From: Elsinoe ampelina
Lineage: Eukaryota
Assembly: GCA_010093995.1 (NCBI GenBank)
Contig: ML992505.1
Span: 535,433-599,432 of the forward strand
DNA length: 64,000 nt
Direction of reading: 5' to 3'
A model generated the notes under the pieces. That model saw only the letters and a list, made by a program, of their open reading frames with translations, searched no databases and was not told the DNA's origin. Below are positions 50,084-60,900 of the stretch, in pieces (position 1 is the first letter of the stretch; every line of letters starts with the position of its first letter). Both the position numbers and the translations under genes were made by a program.

Positions 50084-52705
50084 ACGTCTGTCCCCCCCCT
50101 TTGAGACCCCCCCAGCCTTTGAGACCCCTCCTCGATTAAGAAAGCGGTCAAACGATGCCAAGGCATAGCTACTTAGCCAAAAATTGGTAAGTAACAATAG
50201 CTTAGCATCTTCTTTGTGTAAACTTAGTAATTAACTACTTATTAATCTATATTAATAGTATAGATATAAAATCTCTATAGTATAGAGTTAGTGTTTTTAG
50301 GCACTTGTAGAGACTTCTAGAAGCAAGAGATAACTAAAATTTAGCCTTGAAATTGCCTTAACAAGTCTTTAGCTCTATAAGATAGTATTATAACTACTTT
50401 AGCTATCTCTAACTTCTTTAATAAGAGGCACTAAAGGAGGATTAAGAGGTAGCTAAACTAGAGGCTTCTCTAAGGAGAAGTTAAAGCTAGCTTTAGCCTT
50501 AAAAATAGTAGCTTAATTAACCTCTAATTAAGTGTTAATCTAAGTAGCTATAATAGCCTTATTAATCTCTAAGCTATTAGCCTTAAGTATTAGCTTTATA
50601 GCCTTGTCTTTTATCTTATCTCTCCTTCTTTTCTCTTTATTAAAGCTATACTTAAGCTAGTTATATTGCTTAATAGATTAGCGGTAATTAGCCTCTAGCT
50701 AAGATAGCTAGAGTTACTTCTCTAGTAGCTTCTTCTCCTTAACTTTCTTTATAAGCTTACTTAGTTTATTCTTCTTCTTAAAGGTAGCACCTCTTAATTT
50801 ATTAGCTAAGGCTACTTACTAATTAGCCTCTACCTACTCTACTACTCTATCTTAATTAATAAGTGCTCTACTAGAGAAGTGTCTATTACTACTATTTCTC
50901 TTTCTCTTAGTCTCTTTTTTAGAGTGTACTATTATAGCCTTAGCTCTCTTTTAGAAGAGCTTAGCCTCCTCCTTTACTACCTTAGTATCCTCCTTTACTA
51001 CTTTAAAGGCCTTTACTAGAGATTAGATTAACTACTACTAATAGCTAATAATACTCTACTAAGTGTTAATATAGTAGCGAAGTACCTTATTAAGCCTACG
51101 CTTAAAGTGCTTAGTTAATTTAATAGGTATAGACTCGGAGGAGAAGGCTTATATATAGTATAAGGGGGTAGAGAGAGCGTTAGTAGTAGTAATTAAAGAG
51201 GAGAAGGAGGTAGAGGAGAAGGTAGAGAAGGAGGTAGTAGAGAAGGCAGTAGAGAAGACCTATAAGATAGTAATTAAGTAATAACTTATTTAATCGAGTA
51301 CTAGCTTTATATTAGTTAGAAGGAGGCTAGTAGCTATAAAGGTGTTAAATTAATAGTTAGTACTAAAAACTTAACTACGTATAGTAGTATAAGCCTTAAT
51401 AAAGTAATGCTTACTAATCTATATAACTCCTTTATATATAATCTTATAAATTTAAGCCTTGTACTTACGCTTTAAATTAGTAAATACTAAGATGTTAAGA
51501 GGCTAAAGAAAGTAACTTATATATACTAGAAGTTAAAGAAGTACTATATAATTGTTATAAGCTAAATTAATAAAGTTAGTAGTAAAGTATAAGTAGTAGC
51601 TATTAAGGATAAGTAGCCTCTAGTAGTCGTTTAGATTCTCCTTTTTAACCTTACTACTATCGAGATATTAAGGCTAAGAGTAAGAGATAAAGTGCTCTTA
51701 TAACTACTTAATAGTAACCTTGTTATTTAACTAGCTAGTTAGAGTTGCTTTAATTATAGCACTAGCGTAGCTATAATTATCTAGAAGTAATAGGAGCTCT
51801 TTAAACTAGCCTTCTTAAACGTTATTACTACTTATAATAAACACTAGAGGTATTACTTAACCTCTAGCACTAAGAGTCTTAATAGCTATTACCTATTTAC
51901 AATTACTAGATTAACTATAATAGCTAGTTTGCTAATCCTCTCGATTAATTTAGATCTACTTACTTAATAATTGGCTAATTATATAGCTAACCTTATCTAT
52001 ATTATAGATGTTCTAATACTTTATATTATACTTGCCTAGGGTATAAGCTACTAGTCTAAACTATAATACTATCTTTTTAAGGTCTTATAGTTTATCTAAA
52101 CGGACTATATCTATCGCTAGATAACGCTTAAGATTAAGAGAAGAGTAGTAGGCCTTAAATTCTTTATACTAGTAGTAGCTAAGAGGTATAGTAGATGTCT
52201 AGGTTAATAGCTTATTAAGCATTAAATAGGCATAGTTAAGGAGTTACTAGTTGCTTAAACTAAAGCTATAGGTTGCTAAGTATTTATAATATCTTACTAG
52301 TGCTATCTCTTTTATAGGGCTTAAGTGTTAGTAAGAGATATAAGCCTTAAGTAGTAATAAAGAAGTGCTCTTTAATCTATAACTAAGAGTATTAAGCTTA
52401 ATAAGGGGGAATTCTCTACACAGCTGTAAGAGCAATTTCTAGCCTTTTAATGCTTAGTATTAATGAATAGCAGCTTAGATTTAATTCTTACGTTTAATTA
52501 ATTGCTTTAATAGCATTATAAAGTAGTAGATAGAGTAGTAAACTATCTGGTGGTAATAGTGTAAAGTAGCTTAAGAAGCAAAAGAAGGAGGACTTCCGTA
52601 TTAGGAAACGCGGCCCGGCAATTTTGGCACCTGTGATTGGCCACCTTCTCGCTTAGCCAGGGGGTCTCAAAGGCTGGGGGGGTCTCAAAGGGGGGGGACA
52701 GACGT
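50084..52705 (-). mobile_element. RIP-inactivated Tc1/mariner (Fot1/pogo-like) DNA transposon
   Basis: 45-bp perfect TIRs starting ACGTCTGTCCCC, flanking TA at 50082-83 and 52706-07. The TpA-rich interior on the minus strand back-mutates to IYNMDE, WRLLILDGH and HFLQPLD DDE motifs. Confidence 0.93.
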
Positions 52706-53302
52706 TATCATGCTTTCTATCATCACAGCATGGCATTCTGGGCAGACGCCATGCCTACTGCAAGGAAGCATCACACGACAGTTCGAAGCGTGTTTCATAT
52801 CGCTCTGAGCCCTGTCTAGCCGCCGTCACTGCAGGATCCAAGATCGACGAAATATGTCTTGGTGCGAAGCAATGCGAGGGGACAGCGAGGGAACGAACCA
52901 GTGGCGTCTCTGCCCGCACCTCTTTTTGGCTCCTTTTGGGTAGGTCTGAAGCTTCTTGTCGCGCTTCGATACGCTTGATTTCACCACGACCGCGTGGCCT
53001 TCCTCTCCAGGCTAGAGATCTGTGAAGACAGAGGTGATCCGACCTGATCGACGGCTGGCGCCCGTATCTTCCCCAGAAACCTGGCGCCTGCAAAAGTTTG
53101 GTCGCAAGGACATGCTATAACTGGGCTACCACTCCATGGAAACCGGCTACACTATCGAAGCGCTCTGACTACAGCCTCGTATTTCACCACTCGAAATTTG
53201 AGCTTCAGCGATCGGACGCATCTAGCTGTCTAACAGCTCCCTTGCCCTTTCACCTGTCATCCGTCACTTGTCACAGCCGTTTCACCTCCGCATCCATACA
53301 AC

Positions 53303-54073
53303 ATGTTCCGCAACGGAGTCCTGGCAGCTTCACTGCTGTCGATATCAAGCGCTTCGCTTTTGGAAGTAAGCCGAATATCTCAATCTTCCCGTGTCTCATC
53401 ACTGACAATTGCAAAGAGACAGACAGACATTTCACAGCAAGGATGCAACGGCATCATCGGCGACTACTACGGAACACTCTACTGCTGTCCTGGTGTAGCC
53501 TACAACGATACAGATGAATACCCATCAGGCTCTGGTTTCTGCTGTGTCGGTGCAGTCTTTCCCATCCCTGGCGCCGGCCGCTTCTCCGACTGCTTCCCGA
53601 ACTGCGGACAGACCTCATCCTTGAGCGAGGTCAACATTCTGCCCATCACCGAGTCACAGAGCTGTCGCACTACGATCATGTTCACGGACAGCGAGTACAC
53701 GAGCAAGGCAAATGCATATGGGGCGGCTATCACAACGCCGTTGACCATCAATACCGAGAGCGCGGTCTTCACCCGGCCGGTCCAGCCCACCACTGCGGAA
53801 GACCCTACTTCATCTATGACCCAGTCTGGAGGGTCCTCGACACCGTCGAGCACCTCCGCTGGCAGCAGCGGTGCCTCCTCCGGCGCCTCTTCTTCAGCTT
53901 CCTCCGCAACAACGGGCTTCTCTGGGGCTGCCATTACCGGGTCGACGTCGAATACCGCAGCCGGTGCATCAACCTCGACGAGCCCCAGCTCTGCTCTCGG
54001 TGCTAGGATCACGAGTGGACCCATGGCCGGTGCACTCATGGTAGCGGGAGGAATCTTGGCCGCAGCATTGTGA
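53303..54073 (+). CDS. Secreted, probably GPI-anchored cell-wall protein
   Basis: Signal peptide, Cys-rich N-domain (YCCPG, FCCVG), S/T-rich stalk and hydrophobic C-terminus; probable in-frame intron starting GTAAGC at 53366. Confidence 0.82.
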   Translation: MFRNGVLAASLLSISSASLLEVSRISQSSRVSSLTIAKRQTDISQQGCNGIIGDYYGTLYCCPGVAYNDTDEYPSGSGFCCVGAVFPIPGAGRFSDCFPNCGQTSSLSEVNILPITESQSCRTTIMFTDSEYTSKANAYGAAITTPLTINTESAVFTRPVQPTTAEDPTSSMTQSGGSSTPSSTSAGSSGASSGASSSASSATTGFSGAAITGSTSNTAAGASTSTSPSSALGARITSGPMAGALMVAGGILAAAL

Positions 54074-54206
54074 TCAGCAAATGCCAGAAGAGAATGATAA
54101 GAAGGACATGCATCACGCCGTCACGAAATCCAAATTGAGATAGTTCATCTAATGTACATTATTCTGATATACACCCACACCCGACCCCTGACCTCACTCT
54201 CCCTTC

Positions 54207-55454
54207 TCACGTCCCCTTCACCCCCTCCTCCGCCTCCGCCGCAACAGCCACCACCTCCATCTCACTCAACCACCCCCTCACACTCTCCATGACCCTCTCC
54301 AACCCCTCCCCACCCGCAACCACATCATCCAAATCATGCACACTAACCCCACTCCTATGATCCGTCACCCTCTGCTGACCCCAATTATACGTCCTCACCT
54401 TGTGCTCCCTCCCCAACCTCCCCACCGCCACCGTGCCCCTGCGCAGACTCAACATCTCCTTCTCCTTCTCCTCGCGCCTCATCTGCGCCACCTTGGCCCT
54501 GAGCAACCGCCACGCCTTTTCTTTATTCTTGTGCTGGCTGCGCTGGTCCTGGATCGCGACCACCGTGTTGGTGGGCACGTGCGTGAGGCGGACGGCGGAG
54601 TTGGTCGTGTTGACGTGCTGGCCCCCTGCGCCCCGCGATTTCATAATGTCCACGCGGACGTCTTTTTCCTCCACGGCGGCGTCTTCGAGGTCGGATAGGT
54701 CGGGGGAGTCGGGGAAGGAGGGGAGGACCATGACGGCGGCCGAGGAGGTGTGCGTGCGTCCTTTGCTTTCTGTGGCCGGGACGCGTTGGACGCGGTGCAC
54801 CCCGCTTTCGCACCGCAGGAGGCCGTAGGATGAGGGGGAGAGCACTTCGATGATGCATTCTTGGAGAGGTGCGGAGGAGCCGTTGGGGTCCGAGGGCCCG
54901 AGGGCGTCTTCGTATTTGAGGATGGAGTGGGGGAGGGAGCGCGAGGTGAGGTAAGAGGTGTACATGCGGACGAGGTCGGCGGCGAAGAGGGCGGCTTCGG
55001 AGCCGCCGGCGCCAGGGCGGATTTCGATCAGGCAGGGGAGGTGGGCGAAGGGGTGTGGCGGGACGAGGGAGTGGCGGAGGGATTGGGCGGCGGTTTGCAG
55101 GGTGGTGGTGGCGGACGGGAGCTCTTCTTCGGCGAGGGTGCGGAGGTCGGGGTCGGTGGTGGGGTCGGAGAGGAGTGATCGGAGCTCGCTCAGGGAAGTG
55201 TGGGCGGTCTCATAGGAAGTGAGGGCCGTGGTGGTGCGACTTAGCTGACCGAGCTTTCGCGCATTGGCTTGCGAGAAGCTGTCGGCGAGGGAGGCCGAGA
55301 GGGTGGCATGTTCCTGTGCTATGGCGCGAGCTCGGGACAGGAGCAACGGGCTGACTTCATCGCTGGATATAGTGGACTGGAAGCGGACCTGTCGCCAGAC
55401 CGGCTGACGAGCTCGGAGGATGTAATGGCGGGCGTGCCATGTCGTCCTTCTCAT
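54207..55454 (-). CDS. MRF1: Mitochondrial peptide chain release factor 1
   Basis: EIRPGAGGSEA, ESGVHRVQRVPATESKGRTHTS (PxT), SRGAGGQHVNTT (GGQ), RSQHKNK, RTYNW..RVTDHR; Arg-rich presequence from ATG 55454. Confidence 0.93.
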   Translation of the reverse strand: MRRTTWHARHYILRARQPVWRQVRFQSTISSDEVSPLLLSRARAIAQEHATLSASLADSFSQANARKLGQLSRTTTALTSYETAHTSLSELRSLLSDPTTDPDLRTLAEEELPSATTTLQTAAQSLRHSLVPPHPFAHLPCLIEIRPGAGGSEAALFAADLVRMYTSYLTSRSLPHSILKYEDALGPSDPNGSSAPLQECIIEVLSPSSYGLLRCESGVHRVQRVPATESKGRTHTSSAAVMVLPSFPDSPDLSDLEDAAVEEKDVRVDIMKSRGAGGQHVNTTNSAVRLTHVPTNTVVAIQDQRSQHKNKEKAWRLLRAKVAQMRREEKEKEMLSLRRGTVAVGRLGREHKVRTYNWGQQRVTDHRSGVSVHDLDDVVAGGEGLERVMESVRGWLSEMEVVAVAAEAEEGVKGT

Positions 55455-56326
55455 GCTAGATTGAACTTGGACTTGGAAGTATTTTGATGCAACAGTAGAA
55501 ATGCAAGCAAAGCTCCACAGCCCTATATGGCTTGGCAAACAGATGGCTTTCGAGCGGATCTGTTTCTTTGCGCAGTTCCCATTCCTACCCTCTGAGCTCT
55601 TTCTCCAGAACCTTTCGGTCGTTTAGAATGAATCTATGAAATGTGACATGCAGTCTATGAAGATCCGTCTTACTAGCATGTACCTACCACATGTGGGTGC
55701 ACATCTCGAATAGATAATCAGGCTCGACGACGATGCTGGCATTCTCCTGCGATATATGCCATGCTCGGCGCTTATGGAGATGGACTCGGCCTGATCTTTC
55801 TATGATATGATGGGATGCGATGTCCTGGACCTCAGATCACACTTTGGTCACGAGCAGCCTGAAGAGGATATGAAGTTGCTCGGGCGGATCGAGAATAAGA
55901 TCTTGCAGACTGAACAGTATATGGCCGACGCTTCTATAGTACCTCGACGATAATTTAGCTTCATCTTCGTATGATCTTATTCTCTCAATCGAAATACCCA
56001 TGTACACTGTATTGGTCATCCTGTATTCAACATTGCCGTGCACATTGACCCGTACTTGGCAGGTCATCCGCCAGAGCAATAGCGGCTAGAACATCTTTGT
56101 ACCATAGAGTATACCTGATCGTATGGTCATTGCCACTGAGCTTGCAAGTTGTCGTTGTGGTTGATTGGACAAAGAGGAAAGGCACCCGGGAGGGAAACCC
56201 CCGACATGTCTTGGCAGGGGGCGAGCAAATCCCCTGACCTGAGCAAAGACGACGATATATCTCTACTTTGAACATTCTTGCGTTGTTTTTGGATCCTATC
56301 TGTTGTTTATCTCATTTGTTGACTTG

Positions 56327-57054
56327 TGTAGGGGAGGAAAAAGGATTAATTACTGCCTGAACCACCAAAATGAGGTAGATTGTAACTATATAAATACTTA
56401 ACCTAGTGTACTAAAAGATAGCTAAATTAAAAGAACTCCTTAATAGTAGCAGATTAAGACAATAACCTTCTAATTTGATTATAAATTAGTAGAGTGGTAG
56501 ATAAGTGTTTAGTTCTACTAGGGGATAAACTAAATTAGGGTCCTTCTTAGCGCTCTAGCTTATACCTTAGTTAATATACCCCTTTACTAGATAGCTATAA
56601 GGCTATTATAGCTAGTTAGTGGACTACTAACTCGAGGGATAGCTATTATAAGAAGGCCTTATATCTTCTAGGTGGCAATAATTTAGTTAATCTATTAGCT
56701 AAGGTATCTACTAATAGTGTCTATATTACTAAGATAGAGCTAGATAGATCTCTAGCTTAATTAATCTCTTGTTTTAGCTAATAATAATAAATATTAATAT
56801 AGTAAAGGCATGTGTTTAGCTTCTTAATTAGAGTAGTAATAAGACTAATAGTTTACTAATTATTATACTAAATACTAATATATTTAAGAGAATAGATAGA
56901 GGCTATTAGCCTCCTCTACTATATAGCTTACTTAGTAGTCTCTATAAGAGTAAGTAGCTTAGCCTCTATAGTTAATGTTATAACTATTAGTTACTTTATA
57001 GTCTTCTAGTTAATTAATCCTTAAAACATCTTAAAGAGATAGCCTTAAAGGCTC
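56327..57054 (-). mobile_element. RIP-degenerate Ty1/copia LTR retrotransposon, 3' end (RNase H plus probable 3' LTR)
   Basis: Abrupt AT-rich onset at TGTAGGGG (56327). The minus strand back-mutates to GYLFKMF..IDWK..KQ.TVTTSTTEAELLAL, CDNQQTI, RHVDIHHHWL and ADGLTK, which are copia RNase H motifs. Confidence 0.8.
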
Positions 57055-57516
57055 TATTATAAACTAGTAGAACAGCTAGAGCGTAGGGACGTTAGGACTA
57101 ATTAAACTGCTAAGGTTATTACGTGACCTAGCCCGACGTTCACTCGATTCTCTATCTTCTCTAGTAGCTCTACTCTAGAGACTATAGAGCGTATAGGTTA
57201 CTAGTAGATATATACTCTATATTGCCCCTAACTCTCGCTACGGAGTATATAGAGTATATAGAGCATATAGTAAAGAATATATATATATAGGAATAGTTCT
57301 TACCTTATATAAGTACTATAGTTAACCTCGTCTAGATAGTAAACACTAGTATTACTAAGGCTAGCCTTTATAATACTATCTAATTGTACTTTATTATCTA
57401 TAAGATATATCTTCTTTAACTCTTACCTTAGTACTATACTACTATAGAAGTAGAACTACCTCGCTCTTAGCTTAGCTTAGACTACTAGTATAGGCTATAT
57501 TAGATAGTTCGTAACA
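57055..57516 (+). repeat. 5' LTR of gypsy element 1 (~462 bp)
   Basis: Begins TATTATAAAC (RIP form of TGTTACGAAC) and ends GTTCGTAACA, its inverted complement; gag follows. Confidence 0.7.
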
Positions 57517-60322
57517 CTTTAACTACTCTTACTATAGTATAGCACGCTACAAGGTTAATAAGTAACTCTTACTCTAAGTTACTATTAGTATCTTTAATCG
57601 CTAGTAAGCTAGAAAAGCTTACTATTAACGATATATCTATTACTAGTTTAACCTTAAGCGAACATAGAAGGTCTCTTAGTATAGAGAAAGAATAAAGTAG
57701 GCCTAAGTTAAAAGTAGAACTCTTCTATAGAGACTATACCTACTTAAGGCGCTTCCTTGTTTAGCTTAAGGCCTTCTTTGCTCTAGAGAGAGACAAGTAC
57801 ACTAACGACATAGCAAAAGTTCTCTATACTAGAATACACCTTAAAGGCGCCGCCTTCGAGTAGTTCGAGCCTTATATAAGTAGCTACTTAGATAGATAAC
57901 TAAGCCTAGATATAAAGGCTATCTTTAAGAGCTTTAGTATCTTCTAGACAAAGATTAAGTAAGTCTTTAATATATCTAATAAGGAACGCGTTACTATAAC
58001 AAAGATCTAATAACTATAATAATATAGGTCTATAGCCTAGTACTATTTCTAGTTCTAGTAACTTATAATATACCTAGACTAGAACGATAGTACTAAACAC
58101 TCTATATTCTATTAAGGGCTAAGTAACTTAGTTAAAGATTAAATAATACTTAAGCCGCTAGATAGCCTTTAGGAACTAGTAGACACTATAATTACTATTA
58201 ACAACTAACTCTATAAACGACATATAGAACGCTATAGAGGATATAAGGTAAATACTAGATATATACGTTTCTCCCGGAGTTATAGAGACTCTATAGAACT
58301 TAACGCTATACGCAAAGGTTGCCCCTTATAGGTATAAGGCTACGGCTATAGAGGAAAGTTCCTTAGCGGAAAAGAGAGAGAGAAGTATAGATAAGACAAT
58401 CTATATTTTAAATATAAAAGACCTAGACATCGGGCTAGAGACTACTAATAAGGGGCGCTAGCCGATAGATTATATATAATAGTTGCTAGGCTAGTAGAGA
58501 AAAAGGCCGACACTACTATAGAAGACCTAATAACCTTTAGCGTAGGTAAGGAAATATAGAAGAAGTCTATAATAACTCGAGAGGTAATAGAACTCTCTCT
58601 AGATATTATACTTAATATCTCTATAACTAATAATAAATAATAAAGCTATTACGTAATACTATTATAGATAGCATATTATAACGACTCTTATTATATTTAC
58701 TTATTAGACAAGTAGGGATCTAGTTAGTTCCTATATAAGCTATCTAAGCGTAGGTAACTAACGAAATAGCTAGACTAGGGACCTAACCTAGAAGAGCTCT
58801 CTATAATTAGTAGCAATATTAACTAACCTTAGAAGGTAGTTAGCGACAATTACTAATATATAATTATTAAAACGAAGTATTAGAATATAAGTGCTATACA
58901 ATAATATAGTAGTCTTACCTTTAGCTCTTATAGTAAACTATAAGGAAAGGTATATTATATATCGCTCTAGAAATATATAAATCTAAATTATAAATAGTAC
59001 TATACTATCTACTTATACGATGTACTTAAAGAAGACACTATTAGTCTTAAATATACTATAGACTTCTTAGTAATTAAAATAGATAGTACTATCCCCTATA
59101 GCTAAGTAAGGGAATATACTTAGTGTAGCCTTACTAATTATAACTATACTAGAGGTAGTAGCGACAAAGAGAAATATAATAAAGAATATATCGAACAACT
59201 ATAATATAATAACATAGATAAGAATTTATTTAACAACAATAACAACAATAATATACTACTACTAGGCGAGCGACTTAAGGCGTACCTTATAGAAATATAG
59301 AGAGATTATATAATAATATATATCTACTACTAGAGTAGGACATAACAAGACAAATCTACTTAACTCGTATTTGTCTTTAATACTAATATATAGCTCTATC
59401 TAGAGGGAGTAGTTATACTAATATAGGTGTATAATACTACTTAGTGTAATTAGTAGAGGATTATTAGACTTTATAGTTATTAAGGAACTTAAGTGCTAGA
59501 AGTCTACCTTACTATATTAAATAGCGATAAGATATAACTAGCCTAATAGATATAGTACTAATAGTAGATACGTGTAGAAAGGGATTAGCTACTTATCTAA
59601 GGAGCTATAATAACAAAAAACTAGCTAGTTATCGCCTAATAAGGTAAGATAATAACACTAGCTAAAGTCTTAATATAATAAAGATCTATACGTTAAACTA
59701 CTTTATACTAGAAGTCGAAATATAAGAGAATAAGGTAAGAGTAATAATAGATTTAGAAGCTAACTATAGCTACGTTTCTATAATAGTTACTAACTAGCTT
59801 AAACCTTATTAATATTAGAAGGAGTTACCTTACCTACTTACTATAGCAAATAGAACCCCTATAGAGAAGAATAGGAAAGTTACTTAGGAACTATAAAACG
59901 TTATAATTAAAATCGAAACATATATAGAAAAACAATTAATCGATATAGTAGATATATAGTATAATATAGTACTTAGTATAGACTAGCTTTAATAACATAA
60001 TCTAGACATAGACTAGATTAAAGAAACACTTAAATTCCCTAAGTGTAATTATAGAACGTAGGAAGTATAATTAGCTCTATAGATACTAACTATAAGAATA
60101 GTATAGATACAACTAATAGTTAGAGCTATCGCTAGCGTAAGTAATTAAGCACTTCCGCTAGAATATAAAGACTTTAAGGATTTATTTAAAGAAAGGAAAG
60201 GCATTATAGCCTTACTCTAATATAAACTATAGAATTATAAAATACTCTTTAAAGAGAGTAAATCCCTAATACACTATTAAGGTCTTATACTACTATCGAA
60301 ATAAGAGAAGAACGTCCTTAAG

Positions 60323-60592
60323 NNNNNNNNNNNNNNNNNNNNNNNNNNNNNNNNNNNNNNNNNNNNNNNNNNNNNNNNNNNNNNNNNNNNNNNNNNNNNN
60401 NNNNNNNNNNNNNNNNNNNNNNNNNNNNNNNNNNNNNNNNNNNNNNNNNNNNNNNNNNNNNNNNNNNNNNNNNNNNNNNNNNNNNNNNNNNNNNNNNNNN
60501 NNNNNNNNNNNNNNNNNNNNNNNNNNNNNNNNNNNNNNNNNNNNNNNNNNNNNNNNNNNNNNNNNNNNNNNNNNNNNNNNNNNNNNNNNNNN
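60323..60592. other. Assembly gap (N run) inside the RT of gypsy element 1
   Basis: 270 consecutive N; RT-like sequence on both sides. Confidence 0.99.
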
Positions 60593-60900
60593 TATAACCT
60601 TCTAAGAGTTAATTAATAACACTCTATAAGAATACCTTAATAACTTTGTCTTAGTATATTTAGATAATATTATTATCTTCTTAAAGATATATAATAAACA
60701 TGTAGGATATATTTATAAGGTACTATAGAAACTAAAAGAAAAAGACTTACTAGTAAAGCTCTTTAAGTATAAGTTTTATAAATATAAGATACAATTTCTA
60801 AGCTATATTATATCTACTAATAGTATTAGACCCGATTCGAAGAAGATTAAGTTAGTAAATAACTAGCTAGAACCTACTATAGTTAAGGAGGTTTAAGTAC

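Larger units (their letters stand above)
57055..60900 (+). mobile_element. RIP-degenerate Ty3/gypsy LTR retrotransposon 1 (5' LTR, gag, protease, RT), inserted in the copia element
   Basis: LTR 57055-57516; Gag HLKGAAFEWFEP; CCHC knuckle near 58401; protease (IDSGA) near 59750; LGMDWL..HNPDIDW; RT (YLDDIIIFS) near 60655; broken at PTTVKEVQA. Motifs were read after reverting RIP changes. Confidence 0.88.

Noticed and set aside
55560..56326. Short ORFs between MRF1 and the retroelement block
   Set aside because: No coherent spliced model or motif; treated as intergenic.
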